34,241 bases of DNA, taken from NCBI RefSeq assembly GCF_001194135.2, contig NC_068983.1, positions 116,782,369-116,816,609 of the forward strand, in the 5' to 3' direction. Position 1 is the stretch's first letter. Every line of letters starts with the position of its first letter. Below the pieces are notes generated by a model. That model was not told where the DNA came from, searched no databases, and saw only the letters and a list, made by a program, of their open reading frames with translations. Below, in pieces: positions 12,444-24,690 of the stretch. Source of the stretch: Octopus bimaculoides. Its lineage: Eukaryota. Made by a program: the position numbers and the translations under genes.

Positions 12444-14925
12444 TCTTTAAATGTTCTTCCATTTCTCGCAGAGTGTTTTCCGTACACCTAGGGCAGAGAA
12501 GCTGATTGTATGCATTCCCAGATTACACACGCAAATTCACAGGTAAAATATGTATTAAAAAAAAATTAACAAAGAAATAAATTCATGAATGGATGTTGTT
12601 TTCACAGCGATAACGCTCTTCTCAGTACATGAGTCGTTACAGTTAACACGAGTTTTTGCACTTCCTGTAGGGGTGGTAAGCCTGGTATCATTTTCAAATA
12701 GTTTTCAGTACCTTTTTTTTTATCATCCTAGAGATCCTACAATCACTGGTATGGTAGTCGCCTTGAGATGCCACATTTTTTTTCAATTTCTATTAGCAAG
12801 TCTTTATATTTACTGATCTTGTCATATTCTTTCGCCGCTATATTGTGATCGCAAGAAATACCCATGTCGATTAATAAACATACCTTTTTTGTCTGAGCTT
12901 TTATAATAATATCCGGTTTATTAGCTTTTATAGTTTTGTCGGTATGTACGGGGAAGTCTCAGAGAATCGACACATCTTCTCTCTCAGTCACAGCTTCAGG
13001 ATGGTGTTTATAACATTTGTCAGCGGTTTTGATTTTATAATGTCGACATATTGTCCAGTGTAAATCTGGCTGACTCTGTCATGTTTTGCTTCATATTCTA
13101 TAGGTGCTAAGACTCTACACCCTGAGATTAGGTGGTCTATAGTTTCAATCTCATCGTTACAGAATCGGCATTTTGGGTCAGCTCCATTTTTTATTACATT
13201 GGCTTGGTAGTTCCGGGTTAATAAGCTTTGGTCTTGAGCAGCTAATATGAAACCTTCTCTCTCTGCTTTTAGCCCTGAGCTTCGTAACCACTGAGGCGTG
13301 TGTTTCTGGTCGACATCAGCTTGTTTGCTACGGGCTACATACTTGCTATGCAGAGGTTTCTGTTCCTATCTGCTGGCTAATTTTCAATTAATTTTATTTA
13401 CTTTGCAGCAGCAGTTGGCACATTTCCTTCTACCTGATCAATCTGCGAATTTTTTGCTCTCTTTCAGAATAGAGTGAAGTTTTTTCAATCTTTCATGTTT
13501 TTCAACAAGTTTTAGCATCCAATCGTTGGTTGTTTCAAGGTATTTGGCCAGTCCGATTGTGGTGGTTTTGTACGTAAGGTCAAGTTGGATCAAGCCCCGA
13601 TCTCCCTGAGCTCTGGGAAGATAAAGACGATCCACGTCTGCCTATAGATGGTGCATCTTATTACAAGTCAGTAGCTTGTAGATTTTTCTATCAATTTTCT
13701 ATTAATTTCATTGGTATTCCAGTTAAGCACATTGAAGCTATAAAGAACAACTGAGACTGCTACGGAATTTATGGCTAACACATTATATGCATTCAGCTCA
13801 GACTTCAGGACTGCTCGAACACTTCTATAACATTCTTTCCTAACCTTTTCTTTCATGTTTGAGAGTGGTATTAGTGCTATGAAGAAAATTAGTGGTGAAA
13901 GTGAGTCTCCTTGATAGATGTCACACTTTATGCTAATATTGTTTGAGCGCAATACTCAATTAGAATGATATAATTGGAGCTTCGTGTTCCATAGTGACAT
14001 ATTATACTTCAAAAATCTGATATCACAGGAGAAATTTTGAAAATTTCCAGCGATTTCAGAATCCACGAATGTGGTATGCTGTCAAAGGCTTTTTTATAAT
14101 CAATGCATGAAGAGCTGAGATTTCTGCGCTTGTTATGGCAGTTCTCAAGGATCGTGCGATTAATTAAGAGCTGATCTTTGCATCCGTATGAGCCTTTTCT
14201 GCATCCTTTTTGTTCAGTGGGAAAGGGGCTATTCTCTTCCATAAACGTATATGTTTTTTCCGCTAGAATAGATGTCAAAATGTAATAGGTAGTAGACAAA
14301 CATGTTATAGGCCGGTAATTTTTGGGGTCTTTAGTTTTATTATTTTTGGGGAGGAAGTAAGTAATACCATTTGCGATCCAATGTGGAAATTGTTCCGGGT
14401 CTTTCATAATACTATTAAATAGTATTACTAACATTTTGTGTGCGGACGAGAATGATGAGAGCCAGAAATTTGGTACTCTATCAATACCAGGGGATTTCCA
14501 CTTATGAGCCTTCGTTAGTGCCCTCCTTAGGTCGGCGATTGAGATGTCTTCCCATACCTGTTCTTGTAGATTTTTGTAGGCATTTTGGGTGCGTTTGATC
14601 CAGTCTGAATTTTCATTGTATGGTTTCTCATTACTCCAGATCCCTTTCCAAAAGTTTTCAACTTCTTCCATTAGGGGTGGATTTTCAATGGTTACTTTTT
14701 CTTTCCCTTTTTTCCCTGTAAAATGTTTTGGTATTGGATTTGAACATCTTATTTTGCTTGTAGAATTTGATTCTTTCCTCAAATCTGCGTATTCTCTGAG
14801 CTTTTGCTTGAACATTTTGTTTAAGTGTTTCATTCGCTGACATCAGTTCTCTTGTTGAGAGTCCATATTTTCTCACAATCTTCCTGCCTTTTCTTGATCT
14901 TACACCATTTCCAGAGGTTAGCTTA
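12444..14925 (-). mobile_element. R4/Dong-clade non-LTR retrotransposon (RT + CCHC knuckle + restriction-like endonuclease), 5'-truncated, inactivated
   Basis: RT motifs WKSPGID, NYRPITCLST, EQKGCRKGSYGCKDQL, IDYKKAFDSIPHSW (14009-14833), YQGDSLSP (13668-13952) and DRLYLPR..GDRGL. Then AAQDQ and CRFC..ETIDHLISGC (about 13117-13170), KPDII..LID..S (about 12870-12916), KYKDL, and a stop at 12602-12604. 3'UTR runs to 12444. Frameshifts are present and the YMDD region is deleted near 13858. Confidence 0.92.

Positions 14926-14926
<1 letters not shown>

Positions 14927-15013
<87 letters not shown>
14927..15013. repeat. (TTA)29 at the 5' junction of the R4-type LINE
   Basis: Direct reading. Confidence 0.97.
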
Positions 15014-15014
<1 letters not shown>

Positions 15015-15015
15015 A

Positions 15016-15354
15016 AAGGCGGTGAGCTGCTAGAATCGTTAGCACGCCGGGCGAAATACTTAACGGTATTTCGTCTCTCTTGATGTTTTGAGTTCTTGAT
15101 GTTCTGAGTTCTCCCTTATTGAAATGTTTTAAAATGCTAGAAGGTGGGGAGGTGGCAGAATCGTTAACACGCTGGACAAAATGCTTAATTAGAGTTTATC
15201 CATCTTCGTCCGAGTTTAAATTTCACTGAGGTTGAATTGGCCTTTCATCCTTTCGGGGTCAGTAAAATGAAGTTCTAGTTGAGCACTGAGGCCGATGTAA
15301 TCGACTTATCCCCTTCCCAAAATTACTGGCCTTTTGCCGAAATTTGAAACCATA
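15016..15354 (+). mobile_element. Tandem SINE family A: partial (15016-15115) plus full (15143-15354)
   Basis: aaggcggtgagctgctagaatcgttagcacgccggg and aaggtggggaggtggcagaatcgttaacacgc...aaatttgaaacc. Confidence 0.85.
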
Positions 15355-16465
15355 ATTACAAGATTAGATTCAAATTATATTCGGCTGTTCTAACCTATGA
15401 AGAGATAATACTGTTGTAGAGTGTAGATATAAGTTTATCCCCTTGATTTAATTCAAAGTATATTTGCTTACAAATTCTTCTTCACCTATTAATATTACAT
15501 TAATACAATCTATCATGAAATGTTATATAAAATTTTATAATTATTCCAGTAAAAATGTAGAATTACATCAGACTGAACTCGTAAAATTTTTCCAAGTTTT
15601 CAGGATTTCTAAGAGCTTTTACTTGAAGGATTTAGTGGTATTTAGAATGTAAAAATTAGATGTTTAGAATGCAGTTCTTTATTATCGTCTGTCGTCCAAA
15701 ACTCAAATCACTCGTTGCTTTAATCGTCTTTATGTTTCTTCTGTTCTCTGAGTTCTCGGGCTCTTTAAATTTCCTTTTCCAAAACTTCAGCAATAATATT
15801 TGCAATATTTATATTTTCCTCGCCCGAGGAATCTGCAGTCATCTCTCAGGAGTTTGGTGTTATAAAAGCGTTCTTGTCACGACACCACGATTTCGTGGAA
15901 TTTAATAATGATGCCGGTACTAAAAGAAACGGGTTAGAATATATACTTTTAGTTTTATATTATCTCAAAACAATTTCAACTGCAGTGAATTTGCTTTCCT
16001 TACGCATAAGATGGATATAAATAATATTATACTGGTTTTGGCATACATGGCTACGCTCGCCTACCAAAAATATCATTTTACCAACATCATTGATTCTTTT
16101 CAGTTACTGCTGTCATATAAAACATATTCACATAGTCAGGAAAATGAAAATATTTATTTCTGATGTTCCATTAATACACTTTTGCCTTAATAGATATTGT
16201 CTCTGGTAAACTAAAGAGGATTAGATTGATGACATGAAAAGAAACGCAATTACTTACACACAGGCGTACGTATGTATATATATATTGTATATAGTATATA
16301 TATGATGTCAGTATTATTGTCCCAGGTAGTGTAAATGTTTTCATTCATGTGCTTTAGCTACAGCATTAGGGTGGTCTAGCTCTTATTTCTAGCAATGTTT
16401 GTGTTTCCTAACACCCTAGTCACATCTAGTGACAATTATAATTCTGTTGTTTACACATATATATA

Positions 16466-16826
16466 CTAGCTGTTGGACCTGGTGGTGCTCGTCTTTTCCG
16501 TGTTGAACTTAAATCCACCTCTGACATTGTATTGAATAAGCTTTTCCGTAGAGATTATTCTATGGATTTTGTTGAAAATTTACACGTGAAAAAATACAAA
16601 AGCTGCAGGAAAAATAACATCGCTATGGGAATTTCCATTCAATCGCCCGATTGAGTTCACAAAAATCGATGCTATTTGAGTGTTATCGAGTTTTCGAAAA
16701 ATTCTGGCTTTATTTGAACTTCAGAGCATGTAATCTACCTATGTGCCAAAAATCATTAGAATTGGTTGGACGGTATACGTGGAGTTAGATTAAGCCCAAA
16801 CACACAGACACATTTATGTATATAGA
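16466..16826 (-). mobile_element. Non-autonomous Helitron
   Basis: On the minus strand it begins A|TCTATATACATAAATGTGTCTGTGTG and ends CAGCTAG|T: 5' TC, 3' CTAG, A/T target and no TSD. The subterminal hairpin is degenerate. Confidence 0.6.
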
Positions 16827-16830
16827 TATA

Positions 16831-16993
16831 GGCGCAGGAGTGGTTGTGTAGTAAGAAGCTTGCTTCCCAACCACGCAGTTCTAGGTTCAGTTCCCACTGC
16901 GTGGCTCCTTGGGCAGGTCTCTTCTACTATAGCCTCTGGCCGACCAAAGCCTTGTGAATGGATTTGCTAGACAGAAACTGAAAGAAGCCTGTA
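16831..16993 (+). mobile_element. SINE family B, 5' half, running into (TA)n and an assembly gap
   Basis: GGCGCAGGAGTGGTTGTGTAGTAAGAAGCTTGCTTCCCAACC...GAAACTGAAAGAAGCC. Confidence 0.85.
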
Positions 16994-16994
<1 letters not shown>

Positions 16995-17031
<37 letters not shown>

Positions 17032-17450
17032 NNNNNNNNNNNNNNNNNNNNNNNNNNNNNNNNNNNNNNNNNNNNNNNNNNNNNNNNNNNNNNNNNNNNN
17101 NNNNNNNNNNNNNNNNNNNNNNNNNNNNNNNNNNNNNNNNNNNNNNNNNNNNNNNNNNNNNNNNNNNNNNNNNNNNNNNNNNNNNNNNNNNNNNNNNNNN
17201 NNNNNNNNNNNNNNNNNNNNNNNNNNNNNNNNNNNNNNNNNNNNNNNNNNNNNNNNNNNNNNNNNNNNNNNNNNNNNNNNNNNNNNNNNNNNNNNNNNNN
17301 NNNNNNNNNNNNNNNNNNNNNNNNNNNNNNNNNNNNNNNNNNNNNNNNNNNNNNNNNNNNNNNNNNNNNNNNNNNNNNNNNNNNNNNNNNNNNNNNNNNN
17401 NNNNNNNNNNNNNNNNNNNNNNNNNNNNNNNNNNNNNNNNNNNNNNNNNN

Positions 17451-17478
<28 letters not shown>
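16995..17478. other. (TA)n flanking an assembly gap (N at 17032-17450)
   Basis: Direct reading. Confidence 0.99.
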
Positions 17479-17481
<3 letters not shown>

Positions 17482-17533
17482 CGGATGAAGTGTTAATCAC
17501 ATCCAATAATATGTACCATGAGTCTTTAATCTT

Positions 17534-17742
17534 ACGGCAAGGAAAGGCAGTACGCTGTGTAAAATGCTTACCGTCTTTCGTCCGACTTTACGTTCTGAGT
17601 TCAAATTCTACCGAAGTCGAATTTGCTTTTCATCCTTTCGAGGTAAACAAAATAAGTACCTGATGAGCACTGGTTTCGATGTAATCGACTTAACCTCTCC
17701 TCCAGACTTGCTGGCCTTGTGTCAAAATTTGGAACCAACATT
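17534..17742 (+). mobile_element. SINE family A
   Basis: acgttctgagttcaaattctaccgaagtcga...gccttgtgtcaaaatttggaacc. Confidence 0.85.
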
Positions 17743-18516
17743 ACGGCGGGGAATGCTATGCTATAACCTTTCCTACACTCAAGTCATATAACAGTCTAGT
17801 TCAATTAAATATCCCATTATTTAAACCAGTACATCTAGTAATACAAAGGCAGTATACATCTTTAGTGCATAGCAAGCTAAAATATACTTGATGTTACAAT
17901 TTTACACTTAATAAGGTTTTGAAGTATAACCAGTCTACATGAGCAATATCTATCTTGGTTTAAAAAAGTGCGGTGACTTGTATCAAGCAAACTACTTAGA
18001 GGCCTCAAGTTGGATAGCCTATTACATCGTTTAGTCTCATAAGTTTGGAAAATTTTCATGAGAAGCTAAATTTTCGAGACTGTGTACACAATTGGAACCA
18101 CATTAGAACACTGTTACAACTTATAGACTGTAAATGTTCCCGCAAAAGAGATGTCACCATAACTTATTAGCCACTCTGTAAACATATCACGTTTATATAT
18201 AAGGAATATTTTTATTAAGTTTGGTCTAAAAGCTTATCCTTTATATCCATTTTTGAAAACCATTCGTTTTAAAACTCTTTTGAAATAATGACATTAACGG
18301 AAGCTATACAATAATTCATGCTTTGTTTTCGTCAAAGATTTTAAAGGCAATGAAATATCAAAGATTATCCATACAAAAGATCAATAGAAAATCTTTTTAC
18401 TTTCAAAAAATCAGATATCGATGCTATAAAAATATAACTTCACTCAAACTTTCATTTATCTGCTAAAAACAAAATTATATTTCCTTATTGTTCCAGACAT
18501 TTTATGAAAACCGACG

Positions 18517-18680
18517 AGTAATCTTTGTGCTGAAGAGTTACAAAAATATTCTATATATAACATATATTGCCAAGTTAGGTATGGAAAGGCAACAACTGAA
18601 TGTTACCCGTGAACATAAGTAATACATTTATTCTGCTTGGAAAAGCGATTCGATCATTCACCCAAATAGTTCTTCCCTGA
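18517..18680 (+). repeat. 164-bp segment duplicated at 19340-19503
   Basis: Manual alignment: 10 mismatches in 164 nt, no gaps. Confidence 0.95.
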
Positions 18681-18992
18681 AATATAATTTTAGTCTAAAC
18701 AAAAGATATTAGACGTAGGAAGTTACTCTCTCCTCAAAATTTATTGTTTTTAACTTTGAAAACTATGAAGAAATTCATCTGTATGTAAATTTAAAAAAAA
18801 TATTTTGTCGGTTCTTTAGGATACTGGATAAGATTTGCCGCATTCATTTTTTTTCTTTAAATATTAGTTTTTGGAAACTATCTAAAGGCAAAATTCGTGT
18901 TTGGAAACTGAAAATGAAAAGAAACCTTTACCCACAAAACCAATTTTTATCATTCCGTCTACTAGAAACTACCCCTCCAAAATTTTACCCAA

Positions 18993-19919
18993 CATTCAAA
19001 ATGCGTTCAAAGAGTATCCAATTCTATTTTTTCTCGCCAAAACTATTACTACGCGAACAAAATCCTTTGGGTGGGAGGTGACACCACCCTTCCTGGACGT
19101 AAAAAAAAAATTCACGCCGGTACGCTTGGTGATACCGAAATTGAAACCGCCAGAAGATTCAGCTGGCCGTTGGAGAAGATGCCATAGGCAAAACGTAGAC
19201 AAAGAAGTACAACTGCTTCAAACATGGCTGCACCTCAATGAAGGGCGAGACACGTCACAGGCAGACTATCCACAAGCCGATAAGCCGAAAGGAGGAACCG
19301 ATTGAGAAGGTTCGGCGAATAGTCATGTAAGATCCTCGTAGTAATCTCTGTGCTGAAGAGTTACAAAAATATACTATATATAACATTTATTGCCAAGTTA
19401 GGTATGGAAATGCAACAACTGAATGTTACCCGTGAACATAAGTAATACATTTATTCTGCTTCGAAAAGAGATTTGATCATCCACCCAAATAGATCTTCCT
19501 TGACGAAGTGGTAATAAACACTAGATCAATGCATTCCATTTACACGGATGAGTTGTGCATGAAGAGAATGGCGTGATTCGCCCCGAAGGTGCAGGTGAAG
19601 CAGCAGAAGCAAGTCCGCATGAAAATCGCTCAGAACATGCGGGACTGTGAAAATCACATTCCAAACTTCATAAAGACTACCATCACTGGTGATGAGACAT
19701 AGGTCCATGGTCTTTTCTCTATGCAAGAATCCAACGAGCGCGGACTGCACATTCAACTCTTGTTGTAACAGCAGGAAACTAACGTAGCTTACCGGCGCGA
19801 AAATTTTCTCGTATGCACTGTAAGGGTGGCGTTACCTCTCACCCAATGGATTTTGCCCTCGTGGCATTAGTTTTAGCGGGGAAAATAAAGTCAAATGCTC
19901 TTTAAATTAATCTCGTATA
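18993..19919 (+). mobile_element. Non-autonomous mariner derivative with about 125-bp inverted termini and an interrupted N-terminal transposase fragment
   Basis: 18993-19125 is the inverted repeat of 19786-19918. Internal translation QKIQLAVGEDAIGKT..YNCFKHGCTSM...EEPIEKVRRIVM*DPR | EVVINTRSMHSIYTDELCMKRMA*FAPK...QQKQVRMKIAQNMRDC...NFIKT.ITGDET* matches the mariner HTH region and first catalytic D. Confidence 0.85.
19340..19503 (+). repeat. Copy of 18517-18680 inserted inside the mariner transposase
   Basis: Sits between the codons for DPR and (D)EV of the transposase relic. Confidence 0.95.
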
Positions 19920-20094
19920 AGAGCCAGGCTTATATATAGTATCACCAGTGGAGAAATTCATAGTCTACTGCGGTCGACGACTGCCGAACTTTTGAAAGGA
20001 CTATCAATAAAATTATGAAAAATAATTGTTTCTACACTTGTAGCGATCCCTTTACTCAGTTCATGTTTACAGCTTTTTATGTCTATAAAAAGAC

Positions 20095-20160
20095 TTATCT
20101 ATCTATCTATCTGCCTATCCATCTATCCAACTATCCATCTATCTATCTATCCATCTATCC

Positions 20161-20230
<70 letters not shown>

Positions 20231-20302
20231 GTATCTAATCATACACACACACATACAAATATACAAATTTGCTTCAAACATGTGCATGTGCGCGCGCGCG
20301 CG
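20095..20302. repeat. (TCTA/TCCA)n, (CA)n and a (CG)n run
   Basis: Direct reading. Confidence 0.95.
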
Positions 20303-21727
20303 TCTCAGAGTGTTTGAATATGTGCGTCATCTGGCGAACCACATTAATAATCTAATGTGTTCCTTCGTTATGGAAAGATTGTAGAGTAAGATTTGAGGAA
20401 GATATGGTTGATATAATTATAGATCAAACAACTGCGTGAAAGCGATCTCATTGGATTGGTTATAATCAGCTTTAGTGGTCTTATTAGTTGAAGTGTCCTT
20501 TGTATCGCTAATGACTAACTGTATTTGTAACAGAGGCATCTGTGATTTCATAAATTTCGTGTCAACCCTTTGTTCGTTTTTATACCTCATATTCTAATAG
20601 ATATTTTTAACCGTACTGTCCGTCATTTATTTGTTTGGGGAGATTGAAACGATTTCCTATTAATGTGTCATGCTCCACTATGTTTGTTTACTCGTTGTAC
20701 GTGTCACTGTGCAATATGAATACTTTTAATACGTTCTTTGCTGTAAAAATCAATACGATTTCGTAAACGAAAGAATGTTAATTCCACAGGTAACCTTCAA
20801 GCAATTTGTTTATTCTTTCAGCTTTTATTTGTTGATATTTAATCGGTATCAACGGATATTTTCCTAGGCTGTCAGCAGCGTCTATCATTTTCGACGTTGA
20901 TGTTGTTCTTTTTAATAGCTCTATAAATCAGAATGTTTAAACGGTGTGCTTGCGTTGCAGAATCTGTGCAGTTAAATGACAAAAATGTTTGAAGGCTACC
21001 TGTGTATGTAATACATGTCAGATATACCGGGCTGTGTAAGAGACAAGCCGAATCAGAATATGTATTTCACCATTTTTCGGCGCATACCTTCTTGTTTCTC
21101 TTTGCTATTGTTTATACATTTGTGCCTGTTGTTATTCTCAATCTTATATTTGTTACTCATTGTAAATTCACTTTTCATTTTGTATTTTACTCTTGTGTCT
21201 CCAGGATTTTAAGCCCTTATCGTGTATAAAAGAAGTCATTATTGCAAATATTTTCGTATTATTAATTTGATTTGGCTAATGTATGAAATAGCAGTCTAAT
21301 CTTATGTGTCGACACTATATATTATTAGTGCATAGTTTACATATGCCGAATGTACTAAGAACACAAAATGAATCCACAATATTTGGAACCTAGAAGGTGA
21401 CATCGTGCACCTAAATACTGCAAGACATATTTATTATATTACTGACTGATTCCCACTTTTATACTTAATTTGCTATCATATTACAAATTCCCGCGACTGA
21501 AAAACTTCCTTGACGCAAGACCATTTTACGTTTTCAATTATATTTGGACTTCAGTCTCGGATGATGCCTATTCATATACTTTAATCTTCATTTTCAAGTC
21601 ATTATAGTTCATAAGACTATGACAACTCCCCAGTGCCAACTATCATCTACGTCTATAATTTCTTTAAACCAAATAGTAATATTTTTTTTACTTCTTTCAG
21701 TAATTTGAACCCGGCAATGCTGGGAAA

Positions 21728-22076
21728 CCGCCGTAAGGGCTGTTAGTCGAATAAATTGACACCAGGACTTATTCTGTTAAGCCTAGTACTTATTATATGG
21801 GTTTTCGTTTGCTGAAACGCTAGGTTACGTGGACATAAACACACTAGCATCGGTTGTCAAGAGATTACGAAGGAGACAAACAGAGACACACACATAAATA
21901 CATACATGTATATACAACAGGCTTCTTTCAGTTTCTGTCTACCAAATCCACTCACAAAGCTTTGGTCGGCCCTAGTTTTAAGTAGGAGACACTTGCCCAT
22001 GGTGTCACACAGTGGGAGTGATCCCAGAACTATGTGTTTGGGAAGCAAGTTTCTTACGACGCAGCTACACCTGCGA
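21728..22076 (-). mobile_element. SINE family B
   Basis: Reverse complement homologous to 5140-5550. Confidence 0.85.
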
Positions 22077-23546
22077 AAACTTTATTCGATTCATGTCCCC
22101 TCTTAAAGAAAGTCAATGTTGGCTTGTTAGGATCTCAACAAATAAAATTTTGAAGAACCATTATTAGTGTTTGTTTATTGTGGTACTAATATCAGAGAGG
22201 TAAGGTATATTAATACCCAGACTAACATGTCGGCGAGAGAGAAACGGCAACGTTATTGCTCAACACATTTTCATCAGGATATATTTATCTTTGTAATTAC
22301 CCTCTAAAATGTAGATATTCGAGTCGATTTTACTCGTAAAGCCCCGTTCACTGGAAGATTCAAGAAAACCATATGATAGGCAGTAAGTCGAGTTTCATCA
22401 AACTAAAGAAACAGAAGCCAACATATATCACGACAATTGCAACGATATTGAAAAGAACCTAAGTAACACCTATTATCAATATCACACTGTAATACATAAT
22501 GTACATTCCAATAGAATAGATTCATAATTATTTTTCAGTTATGGTATCTTATCCTGTTTTTCACTGCATGGAAATAAATATTGTGATTAGATGTAAGGGT
22601 GGTTGAGAGGTTTTCATAACTAAAAAATATTAGTAAGTACAACTGAAAAAGCAAGTTTCTTACATAAATTTTATTGTAAGATTATTTATCAGTTATAATA
22701 AGTTCTATAGAAATTTCACTGAGACGTTTATATAAATCCTACTACGATACGTTAGTTATTGTATCTTACTTAACTCATTATACATCCTCTCCGTCGTTAC
22801 AGCAAACATCAGGAAACAGCAAATTAAACAGAAAGCTGAATCTATACCTTCATGTATATAGATTGCAAAGGAAAGTTTATAATTATATAATTCTTTGAAT
22901 TTATGTATTCCCCGATGGAAGGTCTAGAACATGCATCGCTATGCAGTTGAAATAAAAATAACGGTAAAATAATATCACAGTTTCTCTAGTCATTGTTTGC
23001 GCGGCAGTTTTCTCATACGTAATTTGGTGTTACATATTTAAAGCATGGGTGAAGAATGAAGAAGTTAACTTGAAATCGATATGCAGTGAGAAAAAGTATC
23101 AAGTAATGTCTAATATTATTTTAATTTCCGGGTCAACAGAGTTAAGGCTGAAAGAGTAAGTTTGATTTCTAGTGAAAAATGTTATTTAGTATATGTCTGG
23201 AAATATCCAGACAAAATCAATAGTGAGCATGGTGTGAAAAGACATAAAGTGATGTAGAAGTTATATTTAAAATAATGGAAAATTGAAGAATTGGCGGACC
23301 GTCGAAAAAATTCACTGCTGCATCTATCTTCATGACTTTGTTCTTGGAGTATTGTCTTTATACCGATCTGTTCTGATGTTGAAATACTGCACAGATCAAA
23401 GTTTACATGTGGGATTGTTAAAATATATGATTAAGTCGACAATATAGATTATGTGTCTGAATAAAACCTGTAAAAGAAGTATTACTATACTGATATAATA
23501 TTTATTATGGCAATCTATCTTAAATATAGATATATCTATCTTACGT

Positions 23547-23934
23547 TGTGGAGGCACAATGGCCCAGTGGTTAGGGCAGCGGACTCGCGGTCATAGGATC
23601 GCGGATTCGATTCCCAGTCCGGGCGTTGTGAGTGTTTATTGAGCGAAAACACCTAAAGCTTCACGAGGCTCCGGCCGGGGATGGTGGAGAACCCTGCTGT
23701 ACTCTTTCACCACAACTTTCTCTCTTTCTTACTTCCTGTTTCTGTTGTGCCTTTAATTCAAAGGGTCAGCCTTGTCACGCTGAATATCCCCGAGAACTAC
23801 GTTAAGGGTACACGCGTCTGTGGAGTACACAGCCACTTGCACGTTAATTTCGCGAACAGGCTGTTCCGTTGATCGGATCAACTGGAACCCTCGACGTCGT
23901 AAGCGACGGAGTGCCAACAACAACAACAACAACA
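23547..23934 (+). mobile_element. tRNA-derived SINE (family C) with (CAA)n tail and 13-bp TSD
   Basis: A box TGGCCCAGTGG, B box GGATTCGATTCCC, tail (CAA)6-7. TSD atctatcttacgt (23534-23546) / atctatcttatgt (23935-23947). Confidence 0.9.
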
Positions 23935-24239
23935 ATCTATCTTATGTATATGCTTTCAAAAATAAGATGTAAATTTCAGGTTTTACAAGTGGCTGTCTGT
24001 TTCATCTAATTGATAATAAGCAAAATCTGGTGACTGAACAAATCCAGTTTCCAAGGCATTCTATCAGTTTGATCCTGTATTGCAGTCTCATATTAGGTTT
24101 CTAGTACATACTTTTCAATGTACTAAAATTTTCTGAAGACGTAACATGAATTTTGAAATATTTACGAAAGTAAGATGATGTTATCAACTACATAAAAATA
24201 GATTCATTAACAACAGAATTTTAATAAACTGTACAATGC

Positions 24240-24402
24240 AATGTGTGTGTGTGTTTCGTATGTATTCCACAGACGAAAGGGTGGAATACATACATACTTA
24301 TATTAATATACTTATATAGGCACACTTATATACATATATATATACAGAAATATACATACAAATGTGTGTATGTTTATGTATACACACACACACACACACA
24401 CA
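24240..24402. repeat. Imperfect (TG)/(TA)/(CA) microsatellite
   Basis: Direct reading. Confidence 0.85.
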
Positions 24403-24690
24403 TTGTATTGCGCAGTTTATTAAAATTCTGTTATAAATGAATCCATTTCTATGTAGTTGATAACATTATCTTACTTTCGTAAGTATTTCAAAATTCTTGT
24501 TACAATACTATTATTTCTCAAACGAACTTCATTTCCGCTGTGAATATATGATAACTACTTAGTGAACTTAATGTTTCTCTCGGTATAGATAAAGCGTATA
24601 AAAAAAAAGTATAGTTTATTTAGTACAACAGAAATTTAAAAAGAATTTCAGTTTGTTATCTAGTAACTTTTACGAATTATTTATTTTCAG

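Noticed and set aside
15430-15870. Minus-strand frame faintly like a PIF/Harbinger transposase N-terminus
   Set aside because: Too degenerate; no catalytic motifs seen.
16954-17506. Two long ORFs in the track
   Set aside because: They consist of (TA)n and N-gap.
18901-19305. 134-aa ORF
   Set aside because: An off-frame read-through of the mariner terminus and transposase; no independent protein signal.
22225-22340. CSTHF, a THAP-like motif
   Set aside because: An isolated 5-aa match without the upstream CxxC or the AVP motif.
23552-23625. tRNA-like A/B boxes
   Set aside because: This is the head of a SINE with a body, tail and TSD, not a tRNA gene.
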